Below, piece by piece: positions 17,220-35,927 of a stretch of DNA of 64,000 nucleotides. The notes beneath the pieces are model-generated. The model saw nothing but the letters and a program-made list of their open reading frames with translations. It did no database searches and was not told where the DNA came from. Position 1 is the first letter of the stretch; every line of letters begins with the position of its first letter. The DNA is from the human T2T-CHM13v2.0 reference genome, Homo sapiens: NCBI RefSeq assembly GCF_009914755.1, contig NC_060930.1; one strand, 5' to 3'. The position numbers and the translations under genes are program-made.

Positions 17220-19303
17220 TCATAAGGAACCCAACACTTCAACACACACATGCACACACACCAGGATGGTGTCAGAGAAAGTGAATAGGGAGTCAGGATG
17301 GTCATGCCCTCTTGGTGAAAATGTACTCCTTTCCCCAAGCCCCTGAAATGTCAATGGAAACCTAGACTTCCATTCCTCACCCAACAGTAATGAAGCATCT
17401 CTTCCCCTCTCCTCTAGGGTGATGTCAGACAATGCCTAATGGAGAGTCAGGATTTTCATCACCACCCAGAGTTAATCCAGCAACCACTCCCTGATACCTA
17501 CCACTCACTCCTCCACTCCACTGTCCCATCTTGGTGTCAATAAAGGTCATGTGAGGGATAGTAAGTGGCACTCCTCTCCCAACCAACCAGGGAGGTATTA
17601 GTGGGCACCTAATAGGGAGCCAGAATTTCTGTCCCCACTCAGTAATAATGGGGACCTATCTGAGGTGTCAATGAAGGCAGAGTGAGAAGCCTGGACTCCT
17701 ACCCCTACCTGGCGTCATGAAGCTCACCTGCCTACCTGCTGGAGAGGTGTTAAAAGAAGCCAGCTAAAACAGTTTAAATAAGACCAATAGCCTTATAACA
17801 TAATGCCTGAAATGTCCAAGTTTCAATTGGAAATTATTTGTCATATCAGGAACCAGGAATATCTCAAATTGAATTTTTAAAAGACAATAAAATAGATGCC
17901 AAAACGGAAAGAAAAGCCTGATGAAGATTTTAAAGCCACCATTATTAAAATGCTTTGATGAGCAATTAACACTTAAAAGAATGAAAAAAATAGGATGTCC
18001 AGTTCAGTGGTTTAAAAAAAGAAAGAAGAAGAAAAGAGCAGAAAAGAAAAAAATAGGATGTTTCAGCATAAAAATAGGATATATACGGAAGAAAACATGG
18101 AAATTTTAGAACTGAAAAGTGCAATAGCCAAAATAAAAAGCCCAGTAAATAAGCTCAGCAGCAGAAGGAGAGAACAGAGGAAAGAATTAGCTACCTTGAA
18201 GACACAGCAATAGCAATCACTTAATCTGAACAAAAGAAAGAAAGAAAATACACTGGAAAAAATGGACAAAGCCTCAGGGACCCATGGGGCTATAACAAAA
18301 GATTTAATGTTCATGTACTCAGAGTCCCAAAATGAGAGGAAAAAGAGAGTGAAGCTGAAAAAAATTATCAAATAAATATGGTTGAAAACTTCCCAAATTT
18401 GGCAGAAGACATAAACCTAGTGATTTAAGAAGGTGAGTGAACCCCAAATAGGACAAACCCAAAGAAAGCCACACCAAAATCATAGTAATTAACTAAAAAT
18501 TAAAGATAAAAAGAATCTTGAAAGCAGTGAGATAAATGACATCTAACAGGTGAAAAAAATGACAGAGCAAAATTTTCATCAGAAACTGTGTAAGCCCGAA
18601 GGAGGTCACCACCTTTTTCCAGTGCTGAAAGGAAAAAAAAATATCAACTTAGAACACTATATCAGCAAAAATATCCAGGGAAATTAAGACATACAGAGAT
18701 GAGGGAAAACTAACAGAATTTGTCACTAACAGGTCTACCCTAAAAAAACAAAAAGTTAAATTGAGGACAGTTGGAACATCAGGAAGGAAGAAAGAACATG
18801 GCAAGAAAAAATATGGGTTAAAAAATGGACTTTACTTCTTCTCTTGAGTTATTTAAATTATAGGATTGAAGAAAAACGTATAATACTGTATCATATGGTT
18901 ATAAATGTATATAGAGAAAATATTACAGGCAATTATAAATGAGGGAGGGTAAACAAAGAGAGAAGAAATTTCTACACATCACTCAGACTGGTAATTAATG
19001 ACAATAAATAAGTTACATAAATATAATGTAATACCTAGAACAACCACTAAAAGAGCTATCCAAAGAGGTACACACACATACACACACACAGCTATAGATA
19101 AATTAAAATGGAATTTTAAAATTATTTAGGAAGCAATGAAAAAGAAAACAAAGAAATGAAAAACAGAGAGAACAAACAGAAAACAAAAAATAAAATGTCA
19201 GACTTAAGCCTGGACATAACAATATTATAGGAAATATAAATCGCCTAAATACATCAATTTTAAGAGACAGAGCTTGGCAGAATAGATTTAAAAATATGAC
19301 TCT

Positions 19304-19606
<303 letters not shown>

Positions 19607-20099
19607 GACTCAATTATTTGCTGTTTATGATAAACTCACTTCAAATATAATGATATAGGCGGTTTATAAGTTAAAGGATAGAAAAACATATATCAGACAA
19701 AAAATAATAAAGGGAGGCTATATTAATATCAAATAAACTTAGAACAAAGAAAATTACTAGAAATGGATAGGAACACTATGTAATAATAAAAGGGTAAATC
19801 TACCAAAAAGACATAGCAATCTTAAATATGTATGCACCAAACAACAGGGCTGCAAATTATGTAAAGCAAAAACTGATAGAACTGAAAAGAAAATAGGCAA
19901 GTCAACAATGATAGTTGAAGACTTCAATAGTTTTCTCTCAACAATTGATTAAACAAATAGACAAAAATTGAGAAAAAACATAGAAGAATAAACAACATCA
20001 AACCATAAGATCTAATCAACATTTATAGAACACACCACCCAACAACAGAAGATACATTATTTTCTTTTTCGTTGCTTTTAGTAGATTCCACGAGATTTT

Positions 20100-20472
20100 C
20101 CTTTTTCTTTTTTCTTTTTTTTCCTTTTATTTTAAGTTCAGGGGTACATGTGCAGGTCTGTTACATAGGTAAACAGTGTCATGGAGGTTTGTTGTACAGA
20201 TTATTTCATCATCCAGGAATTAAGTCTAGTACCCATTAGTTATTTTTCCTGACCCTCTGCCTCCTCCCAACCTCCACCCTCCAATAGGCCCCAGTATGTG
20301 TTTTTCCTCTTTGTGTCCATGTGTCCATCATTTAGCCCCCACTTATGAGAACATGCAGTATTTGGTTTTCTGTACCTGCAATAGTTTGCTAAGGATAATG
20401 GCCTCCAGCTCCATCCATGTCCCTGCAAAAGACGTGATCTCATTATTTTTATGGCTGCATAGTATTCCATGG
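20100..20472 (-). mobile_element. L1PA-type 3' end fragment (antisense)
   Basis: TTTTAAGTTCAGGGGTACATGTGCAGG... L1PA 3'UTR. Confidence 0.88.
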
Positions 20473-20481
20473 CAGAATACA

Positions 20482-20814
<333 letters not shown>

Positions 20815-21127
20815 TAACATTTTTTTAAGTGCCCACAGAATATATGCCAAGATAGACCATATCTAAGACAATAAAAGACCAACAAATTTTTTAAATAAAA
20901 TCATAAAGAAAGTGTTCTCCTACCACAATGGAACCAAACCAGAAATCAACAACAGGAAAATATCTAAACATTTGGAGACAAAACAACACACTTAGAAATA
21001 CATGGGTCAAGGAGGAAGTCTCAAGGAAATTTTTTAAAAATACACACAATAAACACAACTAAACAAAAATGAAAATATGCCATATCAGAATTTGTGGGAT
21101 ACAGTTATAGTAGTTATAAGAGGTAAA

Positions 21128-21857
21128 TTTAAGTTCCAGGATACATGTACAGGATGTGCAGGTTTGTTACATAGGTAAACATGTGCCATGGTGGTTTGCT
21201 GCACATATCAACCCATCACCTAGGTATTAAGACAAGCATGCATTAGCTATTTTTCCTGATGCTCTCCCTCCCTCCAACCTCGCCCCAGACAGACCCCAGT
21301 GTGTGTTTTTCCCCTCCCTGTGTCCTTGTGTTCTCATTGTTCAGCTCCCACTTATAAGTGAGAACATGTGGTGTTTGGTTTTCTGTTCCTGCATTAGTTT
21401 GATGAGGATAATGGCTTCCAGCTTCATCCATGTCTCTGCAAATAACAGGATCTCATTCCTTTTTATGGCTGTATAGTATTCCATGGTGCATATGTACATT
21501 TTCCTTATCCAGTCTGTCATTGATGGGCAGTTGGGTTGATTCCATGTCTTTGCTATTGTGAATAGTACTGCAATGAACATACAAGTGCATGTATCTTTAT
21601 AATAGAATGATTTGTATTCCTTTGGGTATATACTCAGTAATGGGATTGCTGGGTCAAATGGTATTTCTGGTTCTAGATCTTTGAGGAATTGCCACACTGT
21701 CTTCCACAATGGTTGAACTAATTTACATTCCATCAACAATGTAAAAGCATTTCTATTTCTCCACAACCTTGTCAGCATCTGTTGTTTCTTGAGTTTTAAT
21801 AATCACCATTCTGACTGGCGTGAGATGGCATTTCATTGTGGTTTTGATTTGCATTTG
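21128..21857 (-). mobile_element. L1PA 3' fragment including the ORF2 C-terminus
   Basis: ORF 21341..21778(-) is L1 ORF2p C-terminal sequence (ECKLVQPLWKTVWQFLKDLEPEIPFDPAIPLL). TSD-like GTAAATTTAA on both sides. Confidence 0.92.
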
Positions 21858-23154
21858 AGAAGTAAATTTAAAGCACTAACTGCATACATTGGAAAAGAGG
21901 AAAAGTCTCAAACCAATAATCTAAACTCTCACCTCAAGAATCTAGTAAAAGAATAACAAAATAAAAAGCAAGCAGAACAATGAAACTGAAAACAGAAAAA
22001 CAAAAGCAAAAAAAAAATCAATGAAGCAAAGAGCTGGCTCTTTGAAAGATTAATAAAATTGGCAAACCACTAGCAAGACTCAGAAAAAAAGACGACAGAA
22101 GATAGAAGCTACCAACATCAGAAATGAAATGGGATATCATCAAAGATTCTACAGACATCAAAAGGATAACAAAAGAATACTATGAACAATTCTACACACA
22201 TAAATTTGACACTTAAATTAAATGGATCATTTTCTCAAAAAATATAAAGTGCCACAACTCACTAAATATAAAATAATTCAAAAATGTCTACACCTATTGA
22301 GGAAATTGAATTCATAATTTAAAAACTCACAAAAGGAAATATTTAGGAACAAATAGTTTCAATGAAGAATTCTACCAAAGATTTAAAGAAGAATTAACAC
22401 CAATTAATCTCTTCCAGAAAATAGAAGCAGAGGAAGCATTTCCCAGTTTATTTTATAAAGCTAGAATTACCTCAATACCAAAACCAAACAATGACAATGG
22501 GAAGAAAAGAAAACTGTAGACTAATATTTCTCATGATGCAGCAATCTTTAACAAAATATTAGCAAGTGGAATTTACCAACATATAAAAAGAATTATATAC
22601 AATGACCACGTGAGAGTTATCCCAGGGATGCAAAGCTGGTTGGATATTCACAATTAATTAATGTAATCCATCATATTATAGGCTGAAGAGGAAAATTTAC
22701 TTGTTCATATCAATTGATGAAGAAAAAGTATTTAACCCACTTTAACACCCATTCATTATTTTTTTTTAATCTCAGAAATATAGGAGTAGAGGAGATCTTT
22801 CTTTACTTGATAAAGATCGTCTACAAAAATCCTATGGTGAACATACTTGATTCTGAAAGACTGAATAGTTTCTACCTAAAATCAGGAACAAGGCAAGAAT
22901 GTCCACTCTCACCACTCTTATTCACAGTGTTGGAAGTTCTAGACAGTGCAATAGGCATGAAAAAGGAGATTAAAGGCATACAGATTGTGAAGTAAGAAAT
23001 AAACAGCTCCCATTTGTAAGTGACATGATTGTCTATGTAGAAAATCACAAGGAAGCTACAGAAAAACTTCTAGATATGTGATTTCAGCAAATTAACAGAA
23101 TACAGGATAAACCAGTATCAATTGTATTTCTACATACTCACAATGAACAAATGA

Positions 23155-23490
<336 letters not shown>

Positions 23491-25682
23491 TTATTTACAA
23501 TTACTCAAATACATGAAACACTTATGTGTAAATCTAACAAAACATGCAAGACTTGCAAGCTAAAAACTATGTAATGCTGGTGAACGATATCAAAGAAGAT
23601 CTATTCAGTCTCTATCTATGTGGAGAGAAATACTGTTCATGGATTGGAAGATTCAATATAGTAAATATGTCAATTCTCCCCAAACCAATATACAAGTTTA
23701 ACACAATTCCAATCAAAATCTTTGCAAGATTTGTTAATTATAGGTAGGATTACTCTAAAATTTACATGGAAAGGCAAAGGGACTAGAATATCTAAAATAT
23801 TCTTTTTTCATATTATTATATTTTATTGTAGTATGTGTAGTGTATACTAACTTAAAGGGAAAAAATGTAAACAAAATGAAAGACATGGGGAAAATGGCAT
23901 CTTGCTTTAATCTTCAACTTAAAGTTACCCTTAACAATTCATTTATACCATTATGCCAAATTGTAGTCATCCCTGCAGAATTTTAGACAAATGAAAATGG
24001 ACAAGGTAACACCAAAGAGATTAAGCACAGAAAGTGATATTGATTAAAAAGTTGAAAGTAAAATCTACCTTGGCTGGAACTGAACATTCAGATCCATCTC
24101 TAGAGGAAAATCTAACATGAATCATATGGTTCCTATTTTGACTAGTTCATAGCATATCAATTAGCAACTTATGACTTGAAAATACTTTTTCTCAGCTGCA
24201 TTTGACTACCTAAAATCCTACCGAGCACGCTGTTTGGCATGTCTTACTCCTCTGAAATCATCATCTACTTTCTAAAAACCAGAAAATTAGTTTGCTTGTG
24301 ATTTAAAATTCAAAAAAGTTTGTAGAAAACACAAAAAGAATCAACTATTTAAAGTCTCATCCTTTTCTTCTCTCTAAAACAGCTACTTCTACTAAAAGAA
24401 GAGTATGTGGATACTTTCTAAGAACTCAAAAACGAGAAAACCAAAATCAGAGGGTGCATGAATATATGTGCACAGGTATGTACAGATTTAATCTCTATAT
24501 TCCCTAAAACATATTTAAACAGGTAATCCCAGCATTCTAAATTCAGAAAGCAAAAATAAACAGTTTTGTTTCTAAATCAGTGGTATTACTAGCTGAAATG
24601 TTTAGTAGAATACTGCACCTATAGTTCAGCAGTACTTTGATTATGTACCATTTAAGAAATCAAAATAATAAGCACATTCTTCTAACAGCAAAGAATTGTC
24701 CCACTTTTTATTTTGACATATTGATATTTCCATAAACTTGCAAGTGGAAAATAAGCTGTTCAATAAAAGCCTTCTTACATATATAATATACAGAAATTAT
24801 TTTAGAAGTCTGTTCATATAACAGATTATTTTGGCACTAACAAAAATTGTATACAATCCATCAGTTGTATGGCTAGAAATGAAACCATCACTAAACCAAG
24901 ACACACAGGGCTTTCCTGCACTTAGTTTCAGGAAAAAGTTCCAAGTAATTCTTACTGTGTTAGAAGAATAAAGTACATTTGTCATAGTATACATTATCAT
25001 ATTCCCTTAAAGCAGGGACTAAAGTTTTTAAATTAAACAATGTCCAGGCTTACTTCTGTCTGTACATTCAGGAATAATCATATCACTGGTTACATACAAT
25101 TCTCTCCTCATGCAAAAAAAAAAAAAAAAAACCTCAAAAAAAAAAACCTGTTGTTTTCTTAAGTCTAATTAAGCCAAACAAACTATTAATAGCAATTTAA
25201 TTAGCAAGCTATAAATCAGAGAGGTATAAAAATTCAGCAGTTAAACTGTATTTCCCACCTATAGTACTGCTGCTACTCAATCATTTTCTTCATGTATTAG
25301 AAGAATTAATAGGCATTGATGGTCAAAATAAGAATTTCAATATTGCAGCAAATGACAGAAGAGTGAGCGAAAGAGTTCCTAATGTGTGACAGTCTTAATG
25401 ATTCTTTAAAAGGTAAAGGATTGTATGCATGTGTGTGGAAAGGAGTAGGAAATAAAAGTAGGAGGTTAAGACAGGTATTTAAAGGGAATGCCAAGATAGC
25501 TGCATTAGAATCTTTATTTTTTAAAAAACTGAAGTCTGCCCAGAGTACCAAAAACATTAAAAAAAAAGAGCAGACATTGGTGCAAGTTTAACCTGTGAGA
25601 AAAAAGCTAGTTTTGATGAGAAAAAGTTCAGTCTTTTCCTTGTAAATACAAAGAAATGCAACAGGAATTTTAAAGGTAGTAG

Positions 25683-26034
<352 letters not shown>

Positions 26035-26538
26035 ACAATCCTTTTCAATTAAACAGACAAATCAAGTTGAAGACAAGTGTTAAAATACTATTCAGCCTGA
26101 ATATTTATCAGCATACATATCCTGTTGTTCAACTGGCTTTTGGTTAAAAAAAAAAAAGTCAACAAACTTTATAAGAGCTATCACCACATTTAGAGTGATG
26201 AAAATAAATTAGTTCCCCCCCAAAGATATTGTTTAACCTCTAAAGCATGAAAAGCTATATAATATACAAATTAACCAGTATTTTTACAAAAGTAATACAG
26301 TTTTGGACTGATGATATTACACCGTATTTGTGGTAAAGTACTAGGCACAAGAATATATATATCAATTAGGCATTTTCAGTCTAATCAGTCTTTAAGGTTT
26401 TCATTTAATTCTTGGCAATATATAATAACTGGTATGCACTTTGGTACTTAAGTCATGACTTGTGGAGAACGAGAAGCAATGTATTATAGCAACGGGGTTC
26501 ATATCTAACAAACAATAAGAGTGTTGAACAAATCCCTT

Positions 26539-27156
26539 CTATGAACTTCGTGATTTATTTTGCTGTTGGTCACTTGCAGTAGATCCTTGATTTGATTCTT
26601 CCGTATTCATGCTTTCTCCATGTGCAGTCTCTAACATTTCTTCAACTTTGTCATCATCGTGTAGGTCTTTTGAAATTAATTGTCTAGCTAGTTTGATATT
26701 GAGTCCTTCATTGTAGTGAAGCGTCCTTCTCATTTCAAATTGTCGCTTTTTTTCTCGTTCTTCAGGTGAGAGGTCACTATCCTCCTCTCCACTGCTTTCT
26801 TGTTCCTGAACCTGATACTTTGGCTCCAAGCCTTCAGCAGCAGCTAAGTTCTTAGCCAAGCTATCTGTTGCCATAGCTTCAGTGGTTTCTGTATCACTAC
26901 ATGCATCTTCATCATCACCCATCGTACTATGGTAAGGAGTGCTTGGTTCATCTATTTTCATTAAACCATAGTCTTTGTCTGCTGGACGATATGTCGCCAG
27001 GATGTTCATTTCATCCCACTTCTGGGATTTTTTGCTCAGCTGCTCGTGGACACTCCCACGGGGATGTTCGGCCGACGCCACCATAGAGGAAGTCGTAGAG
27101 GTGTTGTCCTTCAGGATCCCCTTGAGGGGCCGTTGCGAGGCCGTGGAGGCCGCCAT
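26539..27156 (-). CDS. PPP1R2P1: Uninterrupted 205-aa inhibitor-2-like ORF of PPP1R2P1 (translation unproven)
   Basis: ORF track: MAASTAS...KGILK...KSQKWDEMNILAT...EPSTPY...LHYNE...; same length as I-2. Confidence 0.85.
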   Translation of the reverse strand: MAASTASQRPLKGILKDNTSTTSSMVASAEHPRGSVHEQLSKKSQKWDEMNILATYRPADKDYGLMKIDEPSTPYHSTMGDDEDACSDTETTEAMATDSLAKNLAAAEGLEPKYQVQEQESSGEEDSDLSPEEREKKRQFEMRRTLHYNEGLNIKLARQLISKDLHDDDKVEEMLETAHGESMNTEESNQGSTASDQQQNKSRSS

Positions 27157-27744
27157 TGCCGGGTGCTCCGCCTGTCGGCTCAGGGTCGCTGCTTGGCGTG
27201 GGGTCCGCGAACAGAAGGGTCGGCACTAGCAGAGACCAGCAGGCAGACGCGGAGCCCGCTCAAGGCTAAAGCGGCCGCACCTGCTGCCTCGGAAAGGGGT
27301 ACCGGAGCGGTTGTCAAGACACAATGACCCCGACGCCAGACTCAAGCGGGGAAAAGCGGGCCTAGAGCTCCAGGGCGGGAGCGACGCCGACGCCTAAAAC
27401 ATTCTTGAAAAAGAAGAATAAAGTGAGTTGAAAATCAGTCTGCCCTATTTCAAGTATTGTTTTATAGCTACAGTAATCAAGACTGTGTGTTACTAGCAGA
27501 GGAATGGACACACAAATCAGTGGAACAAAATAGAGAACGTAGAAAAAGACCCACACAATCTGCCCAAATGATTTTTGAAAGAGGTGCAAAAGGAAGTCAG
27601 TGGAAGAAAAATAGCCTTTTTCACAAATAGTGAATTGAACAATGGTGAAATGGAACAATTGGGCATCCATAGGCAAGATAATAAAATAAAAATGAAACTT
27701 GACCTAAGTCTCACGCCTTATGCAAAATTTAATTCCAACTGGAT

Positions 27745-29827
<2,083 letters not shown>

Positions 29828-30526
29828 CTTTATTGAAAAGAAAAAAAAAGCACAATCCATTTGTATAACATTTTGTATTAAGAAGCTTGAAATGACAAAA
29901 GTACAGAAATAGAGAAAAAATTCATAGTTGCCAGTGGTTAAGGAAGTGATGGGGGTGGGAAGGAGGTGAACCGACCATAAAAGGGCAAGATAAGGGATAC
30001 TTGGAGTGACAAAAATACTGTCTTGACTGTAATATTGACATTGACACAAATGTCAATATCCTGATTGCAATACTGTACTGAAGTGTTATAAGATGTTACC
30101 ATCAGGGAAACTGGATTAAAGGGTAAAAGGTTCTGTCTGTATTATTTCTTACAACTGCATGTCACTCTCTAATTACCTCAAAATAAAAAGTTAAATTTAA
30201 AAAACATGTATGAGGATGTGCATAGTTTTTCAAAATACATTTAAGAAGTTCATGAGTGGAAAGTTTGAGTGAATAAAAATTATATCTGGAATTCTGGTTT
30301 GCAAATTAGCCTGGGAAATGTAGCCTGACTCAGTGTGACTCAGTTCTATACCACTGTTCTCAGCTCTGCTGTTGCTCACTGCTAACGTTGAAGCCAAATA
30401 TCTCTTGAGTTGCAGGGCAACCAAGATCCCATGATCCAATGTTGCTCTCACTCACCTTGGCCTTTGAGAGAGAACAGGAAAGAAGATGGAGAAGAAGGAT
30501 TTTCCCTTTGCCCCATTTTCCTCTTT

Positions 30527-30899
30527 TTGGGCTGAACTGTGTCCCCCTATAAGTTCATAATGTTGAATAAACCCAGTACCTCAGAACGTGAATTTTTTTT
30601 GGAGTTAGAGTCTTTAAAAAGATAATTAAGTGAAAATGAGGTTATGAAAGTAGGTCCTAATATAGCTAGTATCCATATAAAAAGAGATTAGGACATACAT
30701 ACACAGGGGGCAGTCCATAGGAAGATGCAGGGAAAAGACAACCATCTGCCAGCCAAGGACAGAGACCTCGGAAGAAACCAACCCTGCTGACACCTTGATC
30801 TCACATTTCTAGACTCCAGAGCCAGGCGGCAATAAGTTTATGTTGTTTAAGCCATTCAGTCTGTGGTATTTCTTATGGTAGCCCTAGCAAACTAATACA
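30527..30899 (+). mobile_element. MLT1-type (MaLR) solo LTR
   Basis: Starts TGGGCTGAACTGTGTCCCC; ends GTAGCCCTAGCAAACTAATACA. Confidence 0.85.
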
Positions 30900-31129
30900 T
30901 CCTCCTATATTTGGACATAGGCCTGTCCTTCTTGATTAAAGGAATGTAAAAATAAGACTGTTGTCAAAGTTTTAACAAAACTTTATGAAGGCTTGGGCAA
31001 AATTGAAAAGGAAAAGACAATAGAAAATTCTTCCATTCTGATCACAGATATTACAGATGTAAGAGATCACAGGCTCCAGTCATCTAAGGGTTCTCCAACT
31101 AGAAATAGACCTGGTATGGCTGATGCTAC

Positions 31130-31530
31130 TAATACCTGCCATGTTCCTTGGGCCTTACCACTGTAGTGCACACTGGCTGGACATTTGCATCATTCCTGAA
31201 GGCTTCCTCAAAGCCAAGAAGGGCCACTCTGCCCGACTCACAGCAGACTAGAAGGGCCGAAGAGTTCACGTGTCAGGCAGCAGCCTTCAACCAATGGGAA
31301 TTGATGTACAATTGCCCAACTCCCTCCTTCCGTGGCTGGGTTAACTCTGAGGCAAGTGCTTTCCCAGAATTTCCCCAGGGGATTAAGTTCCAGTCATTCA
31401 CCCTTCGTTGGCTGTTTTCCCTTCCCAATCTTTTACTCAGCTGCTACTGAAGTTTCATGCACCTCCAAAATAAATTACTTTCATTCATGTCCCTGTGTCA
31501 GGGACTGCTTCTGGAAGAAACCAAACGAAT
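31130..31530 (+). mobile_element. Probable old ERVL LTR (LTR16-like)
   Basis: Recalled similarity (AACCAATGGGAATTGATGTACAATTGCCCAACTCCCTC; CTCCAAAATAAATTACTT; CTGCTTCTGGAAGAAACCAAAC). Confidence 0.55.
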
Positions 31531-32111
31531 GCACCCCGGGTTAGCTTCTAATTTGCTTCACAGCAGTAAAGGTCAACTTTTCTTTGCATTACCCAAGAGA
31601 AAACTTAGCCATTACCTCATCATGGTGCTTGGATCCCTAGAACCCTGTCTCTCATGAAACCCTGATTCCTTCCTTTCCTTGTCAAGATCTTTCCTTACCC
31701 AGCATGGATGACAGTCCATTCTATTGAGTACTAAGAAAAGAGAGTTTAGAAACTGTCAGAAATATTTTTATTTCATTCAAATTTGTAATATTCCGTAGAC
31801 CAGAAACAGCACACTCTTTGATCCCATCCTTGTATGCCCAAAATATCTGAGTTGGAGGAGGCACTGACCCTCTGTCACACAGTTTAACTGGATTACAGAG
31901 TGCAAGACCCCAAAACCAGTTCCTGACACTCTTTCTGTCTTCAGCCTGTGGATTCTTATCACTTCCACAGAAGAAAATTGGCTCTAAGATTATCCGGAGT
32001 ACTTCCCAAATCTATTATTTATGGAACAAGTGCTGACTTCAGATATCTAGTAATCTAAGGTTTTTCATCTCCAAAGACCTTTCTTTCATTTGGCCTCTAC
32101 TGGGTTTTCTA

Positions 32112-33063
<952 letters not shown>

Positions 33064-33532
33064 GGTTTGAACCTTTTATAACAAGAGTGAATCCAGATAT
33101 TTACTATGTAATTTTCTCATTTAGTCTAATCATTTAGACTAAATGATTAGAAGAAACAGGACTTAAAAAGAAATGAATGAATTTCCACTAGGGGGTGGTA
33201 GAGAATCATAATCCATATCATAGTCTGAAACTGAAGGGCAAAAGGAAATAGTCAAGTTCAGAATCACATGCTGCAGCCCATTTGTAATTATAAATCTTTA
33301 TTAACTAGCTCAGTGTGAGATCTAATTTCTTCATAAATGCCCAATAATATATAATATGCTCTTTTGAGCAACGCTTTTCAGATTATGTTCTCATACAGCC
33401 TTTTACAGCCCTTTACAGCTTTTCTGTAAACTGGGCTGAGATGTACCACTAAATGAAATTGAATGATAGGAGTCCATTGTGGTTGGAATAGATACACACA
33501 GTGATTGATTTAGGTAGATTAGAAGGTGGATG

Positions 33533-33580
<48 letters not shown>
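33533..33580 (+). repeat. (GATA)12 tetranucleotide microsatellite
   Basis: Direct reading of the sequence. Confidence 0.97.
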
Positions 33581-35927
33581 TGCGCACACACATTCCTCTC
33601 CTTGAGTCCCCCTGGGTAAGCCGAGGCATGAGTACTCTGAAGGAAAAGCAACCATGAGTGAGCTGCAGCATCCTTACTTAACCTCCAAACTTAACCTTTG
33701 TTGTAATATATATAGAAAAATGAGTTCCGAATTCCCTCCTTAATCTCCAACATGCAGGCACTATGCCTCTGCCCAGTTTCTTTACCCATGCCTTTTATTA
33801 TATCCCATCCCCAACTGAACCCTATCTCGACCTGGTCAATAGGTGTGAGACCCAGATATTCTTATCCGGGAGATGCTATTTCTTTTTTTCCAGAGGCCAG
33901 AGGTGGTTTTTAGTAACCACCTGTATCATTTTGCAGGGGCTTCTTAAATGCGTGGCCAGACTCACCTCACTGTGCCTAGGTGCCAATATGGCCTCTCAGC
34001 TTTATTCCCCTTGCAATCCAAAATCTGCCAGAACTGGACAGCAGTTTGATCCTTGAATTAGACCGTGGTTCATGATGCTTGCTTCTCACCCTCCCACCAG
34101 CTGTGCTTTATTTTTCTTTGATTCTAACTATTACAGAAAAGACAAGTCAGACTCCTTCATCGCTGGGCAAAGTTCCAAGTAAACTGCATTGGGAATCCTT
34201 GGCATTTTAACAATGGCTCACTGCTCCCCTTGTGACTAATGGGCAACACAGGCCTGTTTATGAGTTCAAGTCTCTGTCCCTGGATCATGTAATTTTAATT
34301 GTTCTGTTACTTCATTTCAATCCTGGTCCCCACAGCATTTTTCTCACTGTTCATTTTCAAATTTAGTGTCCAACCTATTACTGTGTGCTTTTCTTAATCC
34401 CTAGACCAAGCACTCTCTGGCTTGCTCATTTTCCCACTTGGGCACCCTGGATCCCAGCCAGAGGTGGCCCTTACCACTTGGCTCCTCCCTCAGTGCCCTT
34501 GGACCTCTTTGGCTCGTAACTGCTTCTGCTGAAGGTCATCCTTTTGGCTCCATGATCTTCATGGCTGAGGTTGCTTCATTACTTCTGGAGGGAAATCTTG
34601 CTGCTTTCTGTAAACATTTTTTTCTCATGGCATATTTATGTGGAACTGTGCCATTTCTTTTCCTACTTATTCTGAATAAATTGAGCATTCCTGGACCAGA
34701 TATTAGTGGAAGACTCCTATTGGATGGGGGTGGGATGATGGGTTGGTGAGAGAAGACATGGGCAATAGTAACCTCCCAGGTTTTACAACCGAAGGACCAA
34801 TCCTTTATTACTAACACGTAAACTTTATCTTAAAATACGCTGCATCCATGTTTTTTCCAACTTGGGGAATTTAATCTATTTCAGGAAGGATTCTACCACG
34901 GTGTTAGGACCCCCTGCATTCCAGAGGGAACCTTTGTTATCTGCCACCTTGGAACCTCCAAAACAAAGTCTGCTCCCCCAATATGTGGGCCTTCTTCTGC
35001 CTTCCCCAGCATCTGGGCCTCACTGTAGCTCAGGCCAACTGCCAACAGCTCCAACCTAGGCTGGCTTCTACTCTTAGAGAGAGAATATTTTCGGGCCCTT
35101 TCCGAGATCCCGCACCACTAGTTCCCTCCACGCTTTCATCTGTTGCCACAGCAACATTTTGGCTTCTTATGCCCAGTTCTGCTCTCCGTTGCTTTAAGCA
35201 CAAATGACATGCAATTTGGGATGTAACCATACTTTTTGTTTCCTAGTTTCACTAAAAATGAGGTTCTTGTGTGGTTTTCTTTTTCATTCTCTTTGCTGTA
35301 CTATATAGAGAAATGAATTCTGAACTGAATTCCCTCCATATTCCTAGCAAAAACATAACTCCTTTGAATTGCAATTTTGATTTCCTTTTCAACCCAAAAA
35401 TTAGTGAGATGTTTTTAAGTTTCCAAGTGGAGGCTTTCTTGTTAGTACTGTTTTGGTGAGGTTTTGTTTTGTTTTATTTTAGTTTTGTTTTGTTTTTCTA
35501 TGTATGTGTTTTATACCGGTGAGAGAATATAGCCCGTGTAGTTTCTAATTTCTATTTAATTTTACTTTGTGGTTTAATGCATTATGTTTGGGAAAATATG
35601 CATTCACTATTTGTTGAGTACACAATTTTATAAATATTTGATAACTTAAGATCATTATTTGCTTTAGCAAAATATCTTACATTCACATTATTTTACAATT
35701 GGATATGACAGTTTAGTTTAAAAGTATGCTAAAAGCTCTTAAATGTGTCAATTTATCCTTCCTAACAAAGCACATTTTTTTCCCTAACTTTCAAAGACTT
35801 GTTTAGGATATGAAGGCTTATAACTTATGGGTAGTTGGTGAATTGTACATTTTAGCATAATAAAGTATCCTTCTTTGACACTGAAAAATTTCTTCATCAT
35901 TTATTCTACTTTGTTCAATATTAGTAT

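Noticed and set aside
21341-21778. 145-aa ORF
   Set aside because: C-terminal fragment of L1 ORF2p in a truncated L1, not a host gene.
21979-21993. ISRE-like GAAACTGAAAAC in the L1 remnant
   Set aside because: Occurs in A-rich L1 sequence where such matches arise by chance.
33403-33655. ORFs with YLSIYLSI repeats
   Set aside because: Translation of the (GATA)n microsatellite.
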